From the NCBI RefSeq assembly GCF_002113885.1, contig NW_018406026.1, forward strand, positions 11,859 through 75,858: DNA of 64,000 nt. The letters run 5' to 3'. Origin of the DNA: Mizuhopecten yessoensis. Lineage: Eukaryota. The translations under genes and the position numbers were made by a program. Of the stretch, positions 13,464 through 25,869 are shown one piece after another. Position 1 is the first letter of the stretch. Each line of letters begins with the position of its first letter. The notes beneath the pieces were generated by a model. It worked only from the letters and a program-made list of their open reading frames with translations, was not told the origin of the DNA and searched no databases.

Positions 13464-14659
13464 GATACCGGCTGTAGTGGGTGACCTGCCGATTGTAAAA
13501 CAGAAAGTACACTTAGAGAATTCCACGAAGGCTAAAAATAGCTGTTGTTGTGTTACGTCACTAGGTCGAGATCGGTGCAATATTAATCTGTGCCCCCGGT
13601 AATATATGTCTGTAACGTCGTCTTTGTCCTATACACTTTGTCAGTAATGGAAAACGGAAACGGGGCAACACATATTTTACTTGAATTTGTCTTTGAAAGT
13701 TACAACTGAACATAATTCTCGCTGTTACATTAACCTTACATATAACATGTAAAGCCTGCAGGTTACACAATGTTTTTATTGTATAACTTCTTATATATCT
13801 GTATCATATATAACAAAACTAGCATTAAGTCACTGTCACAATAAGCATGATTTCTTAAGGTTCATGTAAACACTAATAATTGACCTTCAGGTCCCTTTAT
13901 TTCATGTTTAAATATTACATTTATTACAAGCTGTGCTGAATTGTCGTTTTCAATATTATAAATTATAAATTCAAACTCCCTATAGCCATGATTGAACGTT
14001 TGCCACGCACTCAATAAATAGTGTTATTTGAAATATAAATGAGTGACTCGTGAATATTTTGCCATTATTTGAGGGGAAAATTAGAACTGATAACCTATTC
14101 ATGTTTGAAAATTGAAACTTTGGCAAAAATAAGATATTATATACAGTGAGGTACTCCTATGAAGTAAATTATGTTTAAACATCCATAGATGGATTTTGGT
14201 TAAATCGAAAGTCATCGTGTTGTCGAATGGAGGCCGCCATTTTTCTTTTTTTAGCTGTCAAAAAATGGTGATTATTTCCGTCACAATCACAAGCGATCGG
14301 TGCGTTCATAAAACACCAAACGACACGAAATAGACTGCATTGACATCGAATGAACCATAAATAACTAGCACATGTCGTAACCAGGTCTTTTGTCCATATT
14401 CAGACCAACTTTCTTCCTCTTGGTATGATTTTCGTACCGGACGACATGGCGATATCGCTCCGCAGTTAGTTTACAAAAATGACAATGTTTCCTGTCATAG
14501 TTATCAAAACAAGAGCATAATTCTCTAAATAATAAAATACTTTTGATTCCGAATTGAATTACAAAAATGTAAGAGTATTACTACAGAAAAAGAAATCATA
14601 ATATCTAAGATCGGACTGTTTGTGCGGCGTCACTTCCGGCAATGTGCATCAGACGTCAA

Positions 14660-16150
14660 CAACATGAAGCTGAAGAGAAAACGCTGAGATGCAGAAGATC
14701 GACAATGTTTATTTGTTGTAAGTATGGTTTGTAGGATAGAATACACTTGTAATTTACATAAAATAAACACAGATAATGTATTGCTTGAGTCGATGTCCTG
14801 GTAAGACGAGATTTGTGTGTTGTATTTTGACGAGTGACACAAACAGGAAATGCATTTGCCTTCATTTCGAAGGCAAAATTAATTATTTTTCAAAACAAAT
14901 ATACAAGATTTTGGTCAATGCATGTGTTCTTTCTTGTGAAATTGAATGTTTTTATAGAAAAACTGATTATTTATATTACTGTTTGAAGTGTCAATAAAAA
15001 AAAACAATTTATGGAAGCATGGAAGAAGCACATGTGTCAAATTAGTGTCTACTGCATTGCACAGTGAAGCAGCAATCAAAAAGGCGCCATTAGTATGCTA
15101 TGTCAAAGGAAATAAGTCTGCAAAGAATCTGAATGTGAATTTTTAATAGACATTGAATACCAATTTATTAACACTAATGATAACTTTTAATATATTTTAT
15201 AACACAGGTGTGCAGCACAATTAATTGAAGCCTTAGAAGCACATGTCAAATAACAACGTTGCTGTGAACATATGAGGAGGAAGCTCTAAAGACCCTCAAA
15301 GTGTTTACATCTGCATGTACTGGGAATAGATGCTCGTCAACCTCAATTCATGTTTATATTGCGTCCTGTCATCTTGCCTGTGGTAGTGTGGTCATGGAGG
15401 TGTAGCAATGGTAGCACTGAACTCGTACAGCCCATCTCGACGAATTGAAGCCTCATCCAGAAGTTCCTTATAGATAATACATAATTGCACTAGATTTATT
15501 TATCTACCCAGATACCAAAACATTGTCATCTGGTCAAAATGTTGCCAAGAAAAGAAAATGAATGGTATATTGAATATTCTGAACACTTGGGAATTGACAT
15601 TTCACTTGCGATGGCCTCGTATTTTTTTCATGAGACATCATTAAGATACAGTTGTGAAATTTCTTCTGGATATTAAAAAGTTTTTACGAAATATCAAGAT
15701 ATTTTTTTTAATACCTAGCTTTGTTATTGTCTATTCCAGAAATGCACGAACAACATTGAATGAGATTTGTGTGACGACTCATTTTCCACCAGAGGACATT
15801 GAAACACACAAAGTGGCAATCTACAACTGTACAGTACTCAGTTTTATAGGAATGATGGATTTGATGATGCAGTGTATAGAATCTCTATGAAGGGGATGAC
15901 AAGATTTACAGAATTGACTATTTGCAGGATTATATGGTTGCCTGACAGTTACCCAATCATTGTGTGTTTGTAAATATTGGTAGTTACAATTATGATATTG
16001 TGATATCCGATGGGATGGTGTTATCGTGGTATCTTCCTCACTAAGCAAAAGACATCTAAGCTTTTTTTCACATCTGCAACTACATGTCAAGCAACATTCT
16101 GAAGTTTGTACACTCGCGTGTGATGTACTGGAGCACTCAAATCGTACCAG
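14660..16150 (+). pseudogene. Heavily decayed, intron-containing Cys-rich coding relic, possibly a KDZ (Kyakuja-Dileera-Zisupton) transposase
   Basis: ETS/CRE-like promoter motifs precede ATG AAG CTG AAG AGA AAA CGC, with GT/AG sites. Frameshifted pieces NDGFDDAVYRIS and CVCKY/GSYNYDIVISDGMVL resemble KDZ CxxCG..P..VIxDG motifs. Many stops. Confidence 0.3.
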
Positions 16151-16723
16151 AGTAGCCCATGGCGATAGTAAAACTTGACTGATTTAGTTGGCCGAAGTAT
16201 TGCAGAGAATATTGTTTTACGGATACGTAAATTGGTAAATATGCCAATGTCTTGATTACGTTGGAAGAAATGTGATTATTCCAAAAGCTTCAATAATGAT
16301 GAACGGTGATCAAATTAAAATTTGACACATGATCCAACCGCTAAAATGATAGCACAATACCCAAACTTGAAATTTTATGTATGGAATTTATGTCAATTTC
16401 ATTGAAGAATTGGTATTTATTTTTATTAAAAGATTACAAATATACCTAGTAACTTTATCGCCACCCTACTATTCCGTTGACAACAAATAAGGTGACACTA
16501 GGTTTACTGTTTTATACGATGAATCAAATGTCTTGTATGTGTATGCAATCTGCTTATTAATGTAATTATCAATATAAATCAACTACTGTGATCTAATATT
16601 TGTTAATGACTCTTTTTTTTTAACAAACCATAACATACATATCACGCATTATTTTTCGGTTAAAAAGATGGTTTTAGAAAAAATCAATGTTTGTTATTAC
16701 ACTACATGGGCTTCCATAGTTTT

Positions 16724-17536
16724 TGTCACGATCGCATGTATTGTCTCGTGGTGTTTATGTTGATCGTGTCCAGTGTTATTGTTATTACCAATCACGTGGT
16801 CAGTTGACGGACGAGACGGTAAGTAAATTGGTAGGGAGCGGAAGTGCACAAGCTCAGGACACAGGTAAACATGTGTGGACGCGCCATAGCCACCTGTCGT
16901 GTGTTTTAGTACTCACAGCAGCCTACCTCAGTAGTTACAGGCACAGGTTACAGACTGTGCTTTCCTGAGGAGGATTACGACCACATCTGAACATTGCAGT
17001 GGATACAAGCGAACGGGGCATCGGGACCCTCCCATGCAAAGGGTCAAGGTCAGCCACAGGTCATCCACAGCGGGCAAGTCACGGTCACTCAAGAGGTCAG
17101 CCAGAGCTGTACAGATCGGGAACTCTAAGAAGCGCATAGCGCGCATCATATATTTCCACCGTCAGTAAAGGCTACGGTTGGTCAGCGGTGTCAAACATAC
17201 GGAGACTGTTGTCACCCAGGATAGGACTATTGGTCCATTGTGTCATACAGTGGCAGGAGCAGACAGCACAGGAACTGTCATATTATTCAAGCAAGGAACA
17301 TTGACTGGTATCATGCAATTAGCCGGCTTATTTGGAACAGTGAACTTTTGTATGGAAACCAATGTGTGAAAATATGTAAATGTATGTATGTGAATGAGTG
17401 GATGCTGGAGAGATGATAGAAATGTTTAGTGAAATGTGCTTGCGTTAATTGTAAATAAATTGTTTGTATTTGTGTAACTTACTAGTTTGTTTTGTTCATT
17501 TCTAATTATCTCTACCGACGCTCGTCCCGCGTTACA
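16724..17536 (+). mobile_element. Solo LTR (813 bp) of an LTR retrotransposon
   Basis: Starts TGTCACG and ends CGTTACA (TG...CA inverted termini). Perfect 5-bp TSD GTTTT at 16719-16723 and 17537-17541. AATAAA near 17454. Higher GC than flanks. Confidence 0.85.
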
Positions 17537-17947
17537 GTTTTAGAAAAGTAGTTCCAATATTGCTGATTTTTTTATGGTGAAATTAACTAATGACTTGACT
17601 TTGAAGTTGTGATTATCAGTCTTTTGAAGCAGTTTCATTAACTTTCAACAATCCCACTACCTAAAATGAGTTCTAAGGAAGATTTTGACTGATATTTCCT
17701 TGCAAATCGACTCTGTTTTGTATATATATATTATTTCCTGCATAACGTGTAATTAATGCAATTAAAACAATATTAACGAACTGAACTTAACTGAAAGCTA
17801 ATACAATCTTTTATTTATATCCTAAGGATCGTAGTGATACCAAAATATGGGCTATCGAGGTAAAATTCAAACAATTATGACCTTTTGTAACTTAGTTGAA
17901 AACAGACTTTGCATGAACCTTAAGCTACATACAAATTATGAGAAACT

Positions 17948-19693
17948 GTACATGACACTTATTGTCGGTCGTACATGACACTTATTATCGGTCGTACATG
18001 CCACTTATTGTCGGTCGTACATGTCACTTATTGTCGGTCGTACATGACACTACTGTCGGTCGTACATGACACTTATTGTCCGTCGTACATGCCACTTATT
18101 GTCGGTCGCACATAACACTTATTGTCGGTCGTACATGACACTTACTGTCGGTCGTACATGACGCTTATTGTCAGTCGTACATGAAACTTATTGTCGGTCG
18201 TACATGACACTCATTGTCGGTCGTACATGACACTACTGTCGGTCGTACATGACACTTATTGTCAGTCGTAGATGACACTTATTGTCGGTCGTGCATGACA
18301 CTTACTGTCGGTCGTACATGACGCTTATTGTCAGTCGTACATTACACTTATTGTCGGTCGTACATGACACTACTGTCGGTCGTACATGACACTTATTGTC
18401 CGTCGTACATGACACTTATTGTCGGTCGTACTTGCCACTTATTGTCGGTCGCACACGACACTTATTGTCGGTCGTACATGACACTTACTGTCGGTCGTAC
18501 ATGACGCTTATTGTCAGTCGTACATTACACTTATTGTCGGTCGTACATGACACTTATTGCCGGTCGTACATGCCACTTATTGTCGGTCGCCCATGACACT
18601 TATTGTCGGTCGTACATGACGCTTATTGTCAGTCGTACATGCCACTTATTGTCGTTCGTACATGACACTTATTGTCGGTCGTGCATGACGCTTATTGTCG
18701 GTCGTACATGACACTTATTGCCGGTCGTACATGCCACTTATTGTCGGTCGCGCATGACACTTATTGTCGGTCGTACATGACGCTTATTGTCAGTCGTACA
18801 TGCCACTTATTGTCGTTCGTACATGACACTTATTGTCAGTCGTACATGACACTTATAGTCGGTCGTACATGACACTTATTGTCGGTAGTACATGACACTT
18901 ATTGTCGGTCGTACATACCACTTATTGTCGGTCGTACATGACACTTACTGTCGGTCGTACATGACGCTTATTGTCAGTCGTACATGCCACTTATTGTCGT
19001 TCGTACATGACACTTATTGTCGGTCGTGCATGACGCTTATTGTCGGTCGTACATGACACTTATTGTCAGTCGTAGATGACACTTATTGTCGGTCGTGCAT
19101 GACACTTATTGTCGGTCTTGCATGACACTTATTGTCGGTCGTACATGACACTTATTGTCGGTCGTGCATGACACTTATTGTCGGTCGTACATAACACTTA
19201 TTGTCGGTCGTAGATGACACTTATTGTCGGTCGTGCATGACACTTATTGTCGGTCGTACATAACACTTATTGTCGGTCGTAGATGACACTTATTGTCGGT
19301 CGTGCATGACACTTATTGTCGGTCGTACATGACACTTATTGTCGGTCGTNNNNNNNNNNNNNNNNNNNNNNNNNNNNNNNNNNNNNNNNNNNNNNNNNNN
19401 NNNNNNNNNNNNNNNNNNNNNNNNNNNNNNNNNNNNNNNNNNNNNNNNNNNNNNNNNNNNNNNNNNNNNNNNNNNNNNNNNNNNNNNNNNNNNNNNNNNN
19501 NNNNNNNNNNNNNNNNNNNNNNNNNNNNNNNNNNCATGACACTTATTGTCGGTCGTACATGACACTTATTGTCGGTCGTGCATGACACTTATTGTCGGTC
19601 GTACATGACACTTATTGTCAGTCGTACATGACACTTATTGTCGGTCGTACATGACACTTATTGTCGGTCGTGCATGACACTTATTGTCGGTCG
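17948..19693. repeat. 23-bp minisatellite (GACACTTATTGTCGGTCGTACAT), containing an assembly gap
   Basis: Directly visible tandem unit. N-run at 19350-19534, so true length is unknown. Confidence 0.97.
19350..19534. other. Assembly gap (185 N)
   Basis: Run of n characters inside the satellite. Confidence 0.99.
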
Positions 19694-20393
19694 CAAATGA
19701 TAATTTCAAAACCTATACATTTGTGTATGTATTTACTATAAAAAGTATACTTAGAATTGTCTTATTTAACTTTATAAATGACGCTTAATAAAAGTATGTA
19801 TAATCAATTCGTTATAAAGATATGTGTGCCCATAGCTACAAGGTACACGTACATATTACATATATACACCTACTTGTAGTAGGCTCACATTTTACAATTA
19901 AAGTGACATTTAGCCAAGCCACGATGTAAAAAAAAAAATCCACAAAAGGAATACATCAACGCTAAAAATAACAACCGAATTGATTGCATAATGTCATATC
20001 TTATTTACTCTTGTAAAAGGAGCGGTTTCTATCCAAGAAACCTAACCCAGGTTCGTTGATCTTGGGCCCATTGGGGTCTTATAAATTGATGAACATGAAG
20101 TATGGCAAATGAACATAGACTCAATGACATAAACTTCAACTTCAAAAAACACAACAAGTGTAAAGAAATATCAGTACAATACACGATAACATATCTCACG
20201 ACCTTACGCACACTATACAACACCGTTCATTAATACTAGTGGCTACGAGACCTACTCCTATAAGGACATGTGCACAGACTACTTTCTAAGCCTAACACTA
20301 AACATTATTGCTGGCCCTACTTTATTACCTAACTAGTCCTAGAAAGAAGGAGAGAAAGAGAGAGAGTCAGGCAGTCTTACGAGGACTTTACTT

Positions 20394-20430
20394 CTGACTG
20401 ACGAGCTATAGAAAACCACCGCTTTATATA
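20394..20430 (-). promoter_or_regulatory. Candidate Pol II core promoter (TATA box plus initiator)
   Basis: Minus-strand TATATAAA (20430-20423) with TCAGTC about 31 nt downstream. ETS-like CTTCCGG and YY1-like AAGATGG lie nearby at 20487-20536. Confidence 0.35.
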
Positions 20431-20798
20431 GACAGAATACGGCACATTTTGCACGTGCAATAGTCGCGCAAAAGCTACTCGGAACGCTTCCGGTTACGTA
20501 CATAACTAGGTTCCGAATGTGAAAACAACAAGATGGACGACGAAAAGTGGTGAACTGTCAATCGTACATATCGAATGTTAAGTATCCGAAATATCTCCAC
20601 TTTTTCACTCTTACCATACAGATCGATAATGTACATAAGCACATCAAAACGCGTTCATAGCATTGAAAGGTACATGTATCAAACAAACTGTCAACAGTGA
20701 GCAGATTATAAAATTCATCAAGCTGATTTGTCTGTTTTTGTTTTATTTTGTTTTGTTTTTTTGTTATCTCGTTTTATTTTTGTTTGTTTGTTTCTGTT

Positions 20799-20960
20799 TT
20801 AATTGGCGCATTCAATCATAAAGTGTTTGACAGCAATCGGTCGATCACAGGCATGATCATAACGCTTGTTATTTATGATGTAGGTATGGTCTATGCGTAG
20901 TCGCGAAATGACAGCTTTGTCTCTGCGGTCTATTTTCCTTGCTTCACAAATACCTACATT
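20799..20960 (-). mobile_element. I-clade/Nimb-type LINE ORF2 C-terminal relic
   Basis: RRDKAVISRLRIDHTY...ACDRPIAVKHFMIEC matches the RRxEVxLxRLRIGHT...C..C...TVxHILxEC zinc-knuckle end of RNase H-containing LINEs. Confidence 0.65.
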
Positions 20961-22142
20961 TAGTTTCATTGCAAAATAAAGCATCCAAATAATATATGGT
21001 ATAGGCAGACTCCTTTTCATAATCTCGAATTTTGTTTTTCAATCATAACATACTTGGATAGAGCTCACCAAAGTTTGCGAATGAAAAAGGACCTCAACCT
21101 ATTGTAAAGGTCACAGCGGTCAAACGACTTGTTCGTGGGTGTAATGAGTCATTTGGTATCCACGTGCTCCTTTAGGTATAAGTCCTTTGATTATTAATAC
21201 ATTCTCCAGCACTCACTTGACTTGAAAATAAAAGTAATCGACACTTATACAGTTGAGGTGATATGGAATCAGATAGGAAATGTGCAGTACTTAACATTTA
21301 TTTTGTTCGATCTATTCGTTTTGAGCACAAACTACCAGGAGATGCATGTTGCAAGTTTACGATTAAACATTGATATTTGAATCATATTTGACTTTATTTT
21401 CACAATAACATTAGAGTCTCTCGATAAACATTGTACATCATATTCATTTGATCGATTTGGGTAAATCAGAATTGCATTTATCAATTAACGTGACATCCCC
21501 TACACTTGACATAAACATGATAGCAATATTTATGGTTTAGGTTATTCGGATCGTAACAACCTTATCTGAATTGAATATTTTAAAACTTTGACCGTCGATT
21601 CTAGTTATGTATTACACTACCAAAGTAATAAGGACAGTCTTCCGTTATATCCATACGTGTAATATTTTTTGTAAGTTGTTTCCTTAAATGATATACCTGC
21701 ACAGATTCGAAACAAAATGTCATGTTCTCTATCACTGTTTGATTGTATGATGCAACCTCAACATCATTGAAGTTTAACAATCTCAAAGCACACACACATG
21801 AAGTTTTACCTACAAAGAGCACTGAATATAAACCATAATATTTTCAGATGAAAGTTTTTGTCAGCATCATTTCTTCTTCTCCGGGCTTCCTGCCTTTGAC
21901 AAATAACGTGGAGGAAATGTTGTCATATGTCGAGGTCTAAGATTGGATGTCCCGACGCACACTTCAGTGTACAATAGCTACAGACAAAAGTCTCCTCTGT
22001 GTTGCTTTAGCAAGGTAATACGTGTAATGTGTCTGGTCTCGTTCTGGTTTTACTACATCTTGTCTTGTATTGGTATATTTACATAATGTTATGTTTTTTA
22101 TGTTTTCATCTCTCGTTTTGGTGGGATTTTCTATCTTTTCCT

Positions 22143-23665
22143 GTTATAATGTCCTTACGTTTTGACTTCTTCTGATGTCCTTACGTTATGACGTGTTCTG
22201 ATGTCCTTACGTTATGACTCGTTATGATGTCCTTACGTTATGACTCGTTCGGATGTCCTTACGTTATGACTCGTTCTGATGACTCGTTATAATGTCCTTA
22301 CGTTATGACTTGTTCTGATGTCCTTACGTTATGACGTGTTCTGATGTCCTTACGTTATGACTCGTTATGATGTCCTTACGTTATGACTCGTTCGGATGTC
22401 CTTACGTTATGACTCGTTCTGATGACTCGTTATAATGTCCTTACGTTATGACTTGTTCTGATGTCCTTACGTTATGACGTGTTCTGATGTCCTTACGTTA
22501 TGACTCGTTATGATGTCCTTACGTTATGACTCGTTCGGATGTCCTTACGTTATGACTCGTTCTGATGACTCGTTCTGATGTCCTTACGTTATGACTCGTT
22601 ATATTGTCCTTACGTTATGACTTGTTCTGATGTCCTTACGTTATGACTTGTTCTGATGTCCTTACGTTATGGTTTGTTCGGATGTCCTTACGTTATGACT
22701 CGTTATAATGTCCTTACGTTATGGTTTGTTCTGATGTCCTTACGTTATGACTCGTTCTGATGTCCTTACGGTATGACTCGTTATGATGTCCTTACGTTGT
22801 GACTCGTTCGGATGTCCTTATGTTATGACTCGTTTTGATGACTCGTTCTGATGTCCTTACTTTATGACTCGTTCTAATGTCCTTACGTTATGACTTGTTC
22901 GGATGCCCTTACGTTATGACTCGATCTGATGTCGTGACGTTTTTACTCGTTATGATGTCCTTACGTTATGGTTTGTTGGGATGTCCTTACGTTATGACTC
23001 GGTATAATATCCTTACGTTATGACTTGTTCGGATGCCCTTACGTTATGACTCGATCTGATGTCCTGACGTTTTGACTCGTTATGATGTCCTTACGTTGTG
23101 ACTCGTTCGGATGTCCTTATGTTATGACTCGTTCTGATGACTCGCTCTGATGTCCTTACGTTATGACTCTCGTTCGGATGTCGTTACGTTTTTGACGTGT
23201 TCTGATGTCCTTACGGTATGACTCGTTATGATGTCCTTACGTCATGACTCGTTCGGATGTCCTTATGTTATGACTCGTTTTGATGACTCGTTCTGATGTC
23301 CTTACGTTTTGACGTGTTCTGATGTCCTTACGGTATGACTCGTTATGATGTCCTTACGTTGTGACTCGTTCGGATGTCCTTATGTTATGACTCGTTCTGA
23401 TGCCTCGTTCTGATGTCCTTACTTTATGACTCGTTCTGATGTCCCGTTCTTATGTCCTTACGTTATGACTCGTTATAATGTCCTTAAGTTATGACTTGTT
23501 CTGATGTCCTTACGTTATGCCTCGTTCTGATGTCCTTACGTTATGACTCGTTCTGATGTCCTTACGTTATGACTCGTTATAATATCCTTACGTTATGACT
23601 CGTTCGGATGTCCTTACTTTATGACTTGTTCGGATGTCCTTACGTTATGACTTGTTCGGATGTCC
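22143..23665. repeat. 26-bp minisatellite (ATGTCCTTACGTTATGACTCGTTCTG) with a local 143-bp higher-order repeat
   Basis: Visible tandem unit. A half-unit GATGACTCGTT recurs at 22278, 22421 and 22564 (spacing 143 = 5x26+13). Confidence 0.95.
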
Positions 23666-25077
23666 TATTTTACCATCCCCCGTTTCACCTCATTATCTAT
23701 TTTCCAAACCCCTACATTTATTTGCACACATGATAAACCCATATATTGTATCGATCCGGAGATACTTGAAAGGCATCTCACATAATAAAGGCTCAACCAC
23801 CATGAGCTCTGACAGTGGAATCAAGTATAAGATGAGGGTAGTAATTGTTAACTGGCAAATATTATCAATGACGGCTTTAAGCTCCCTCACCGATATGTTG
23901 CTAAATAGTGTCTATTTATCTATTTATTTATTTATTTATTTTCCTTTAAAGTTTGGCCTATTATCCTTCTTTTCCATTAATGTCTACACTTTCATTGATG
24001 TGACCTTCTTAACAATCATTGTGTCGTCGATACATTGTCGTCACTATATGGACTAAAACCAGTGTAATTGTAAAACAGCACAAATTTCAGCTATGAAACC
24101 AAGATAGATACAATGTGACTCGGTAACCATACTATGATAAACAAAACACCACAGCTATCGCAATAACGCTTTCTGTTTGTAAAGACTACAATTTTTAAAA
24201 AGTGAAAGCAGAAGAATATCCATTAATGCTGTTGAACTGTGTTTTCTTCAAAGCCAACGACTAGTAGTCACTTACCATCTAATGTAGCTCTCAACTTGTC
24301 ATTTCTGTAAGCATTTTATTGAGTTTAGTGGTTTTCTTGAGTGCATCGTGTGTCTCTGTAAAATGTAGAAAAACGCTTTCCTTATGCATTGCACAAAATA
24401 GTCAAGTCTTAATAGGGGCTGCGTACGGACTTTGGATAATACCACACATAGCATAACTGATAGCTATTTAATAAACACTAACCAATCAATACAAACGAAT
24501 TGAAAAATGCAATCGTATCGCGGTTAGAAACCGAGGAATCATTAACGTAGGACAATCGAAAACAACAGTGGTTACAACGACCGGGCAGGAAAGTGCTTCC
24601 CAGCCCAGGAAGTTCACTACAATGCGCTGTCGTTATGTAATCATCTGTAAAGTCAACATACATGGCAGGTTGTAGAGCAGCTCCTAAGACTCGGGGCTCT
24701 ACAACATGACCATCGGGGCTCTGGTTTTATCATATTTCTAAAAAAATATCTAGTTAGAACATCAAGTACTGTCAGCATTTTACAACATTACTACAGCAAA
24801 ATCTAAAATAAAGGGAATGTTTTGTTTTTAAAAAGTGAGATACAAAGATTTTTGTAGAGTTCCAAATATTATTAAATTCACAATGTGTTTTTTAAAACGA
24901 TAACTTATGTCCTATACACAATGTTAATGCCACACGTAGAAACCATTGGTAAGAATCTGGGGTGGGTATGTGTTTAGATTCCAGGGACATACAATGTTGA
25001 AATATAACGGGAAACGCCCCTCTTTCCGCCATTTTGATATAAATATATAAAACTTTATTTATTTTACAACCATTATG

Positions 25078-25271
25078 AAACAAGTTATTTTAACTTATAT
25101 CAATCACTGTTGATGGCCCGGATGTTAGCGCACAGGGGTTTTATTGTGGGAGAAAATCGGAAAATCGGAGAAATCCACGTGGTCGGGCAGGTGACCTCAT
25201 ACCGTTTCACGTCCGATCGGGGAATCGAACCCCGGCAATTGCAAGTGCGCTATCCACTGCGCCAACCGACC
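25078..25271 (-). mobile_element. tRNA-derived SINE with a V-domain-like central region
   Basis: Minus strand reads GGTCGGTTGGCGCAGTGG (A box)...GGTTCGATTCC (B box), then gtggatttctccgattttccgattttctcccaca, resembling the V-SINE domain GTGGGTTTTCTCCGGGTACTCCGGTTTCCTCCCACA. No complete cloverleaf. Confidence 0.78.
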
Positions 25272-25869
25272 ACGACCAGCCATTTTGATAGAGGGGATAA
25301 CCAGTGACACACTTCTTTGTGTATGATATGTAGCGTTTGTTGTTTTTGACCCCTCGAACAAATAAGTAAACAGTCTAGTGACAAAGACTAAGATGCTGCT
25401 TTGCGATGTACGAAATATCTACAGATAGTGATTAATTTATCAAAACTGAATAAAAATCAGTAATAAATTGACAATACATTTGAATAACCTTCGGACTATT
25501 GTGTGTTGGTTTATTCACTCAGAAAAGCTATTTGTGACTGTAGCATATGTCTCGCAAATAAGCGGGTATTGTCATCTATGAGTCGCATTCTATGTCAACT
25601 GGGTATATCTCCAGTTATGACCCTCGTATACAAAAGGGAGATAAATGCTCCCGTTCCAATCATGTCTATGATTTGAACATTAGCCAGGTAAAAGAGCTTT
25701 ATAATACACGAGGCGATCAATAAACACTCTGTCATTTTCTTTGACTACCAGCATTAGCACTCATATTTCTGCAGTTTTCGTATAAATAGACTGAATCCCT
25801 TTTTTTTGGCCTTGTTTTATGAAATAATTGCAGAGGATTTGTTTATCTGTCCGGGACAACTCTGTCATA

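Noticed and set aside
9800-14200. Y RNA gene near the Ro60-like gene
   Set aside because: By eye I found no GGTCCGA...TTGAC(C/T) stem with an oligo-T terminator. A divergent Y RNA cannot be excluded without an Infernal search.
21870-22020. Possible SINE body fragment
   Set aside because: No clear A/B boxes or TSD; cannot be assigned from sequence alone.
25200-25271. tRNA gene
   Set aside because: A and B boxes are present, but the anticodon/variable region is shortened and the sequence runs into a V-domain-like body, so it is a SINE.
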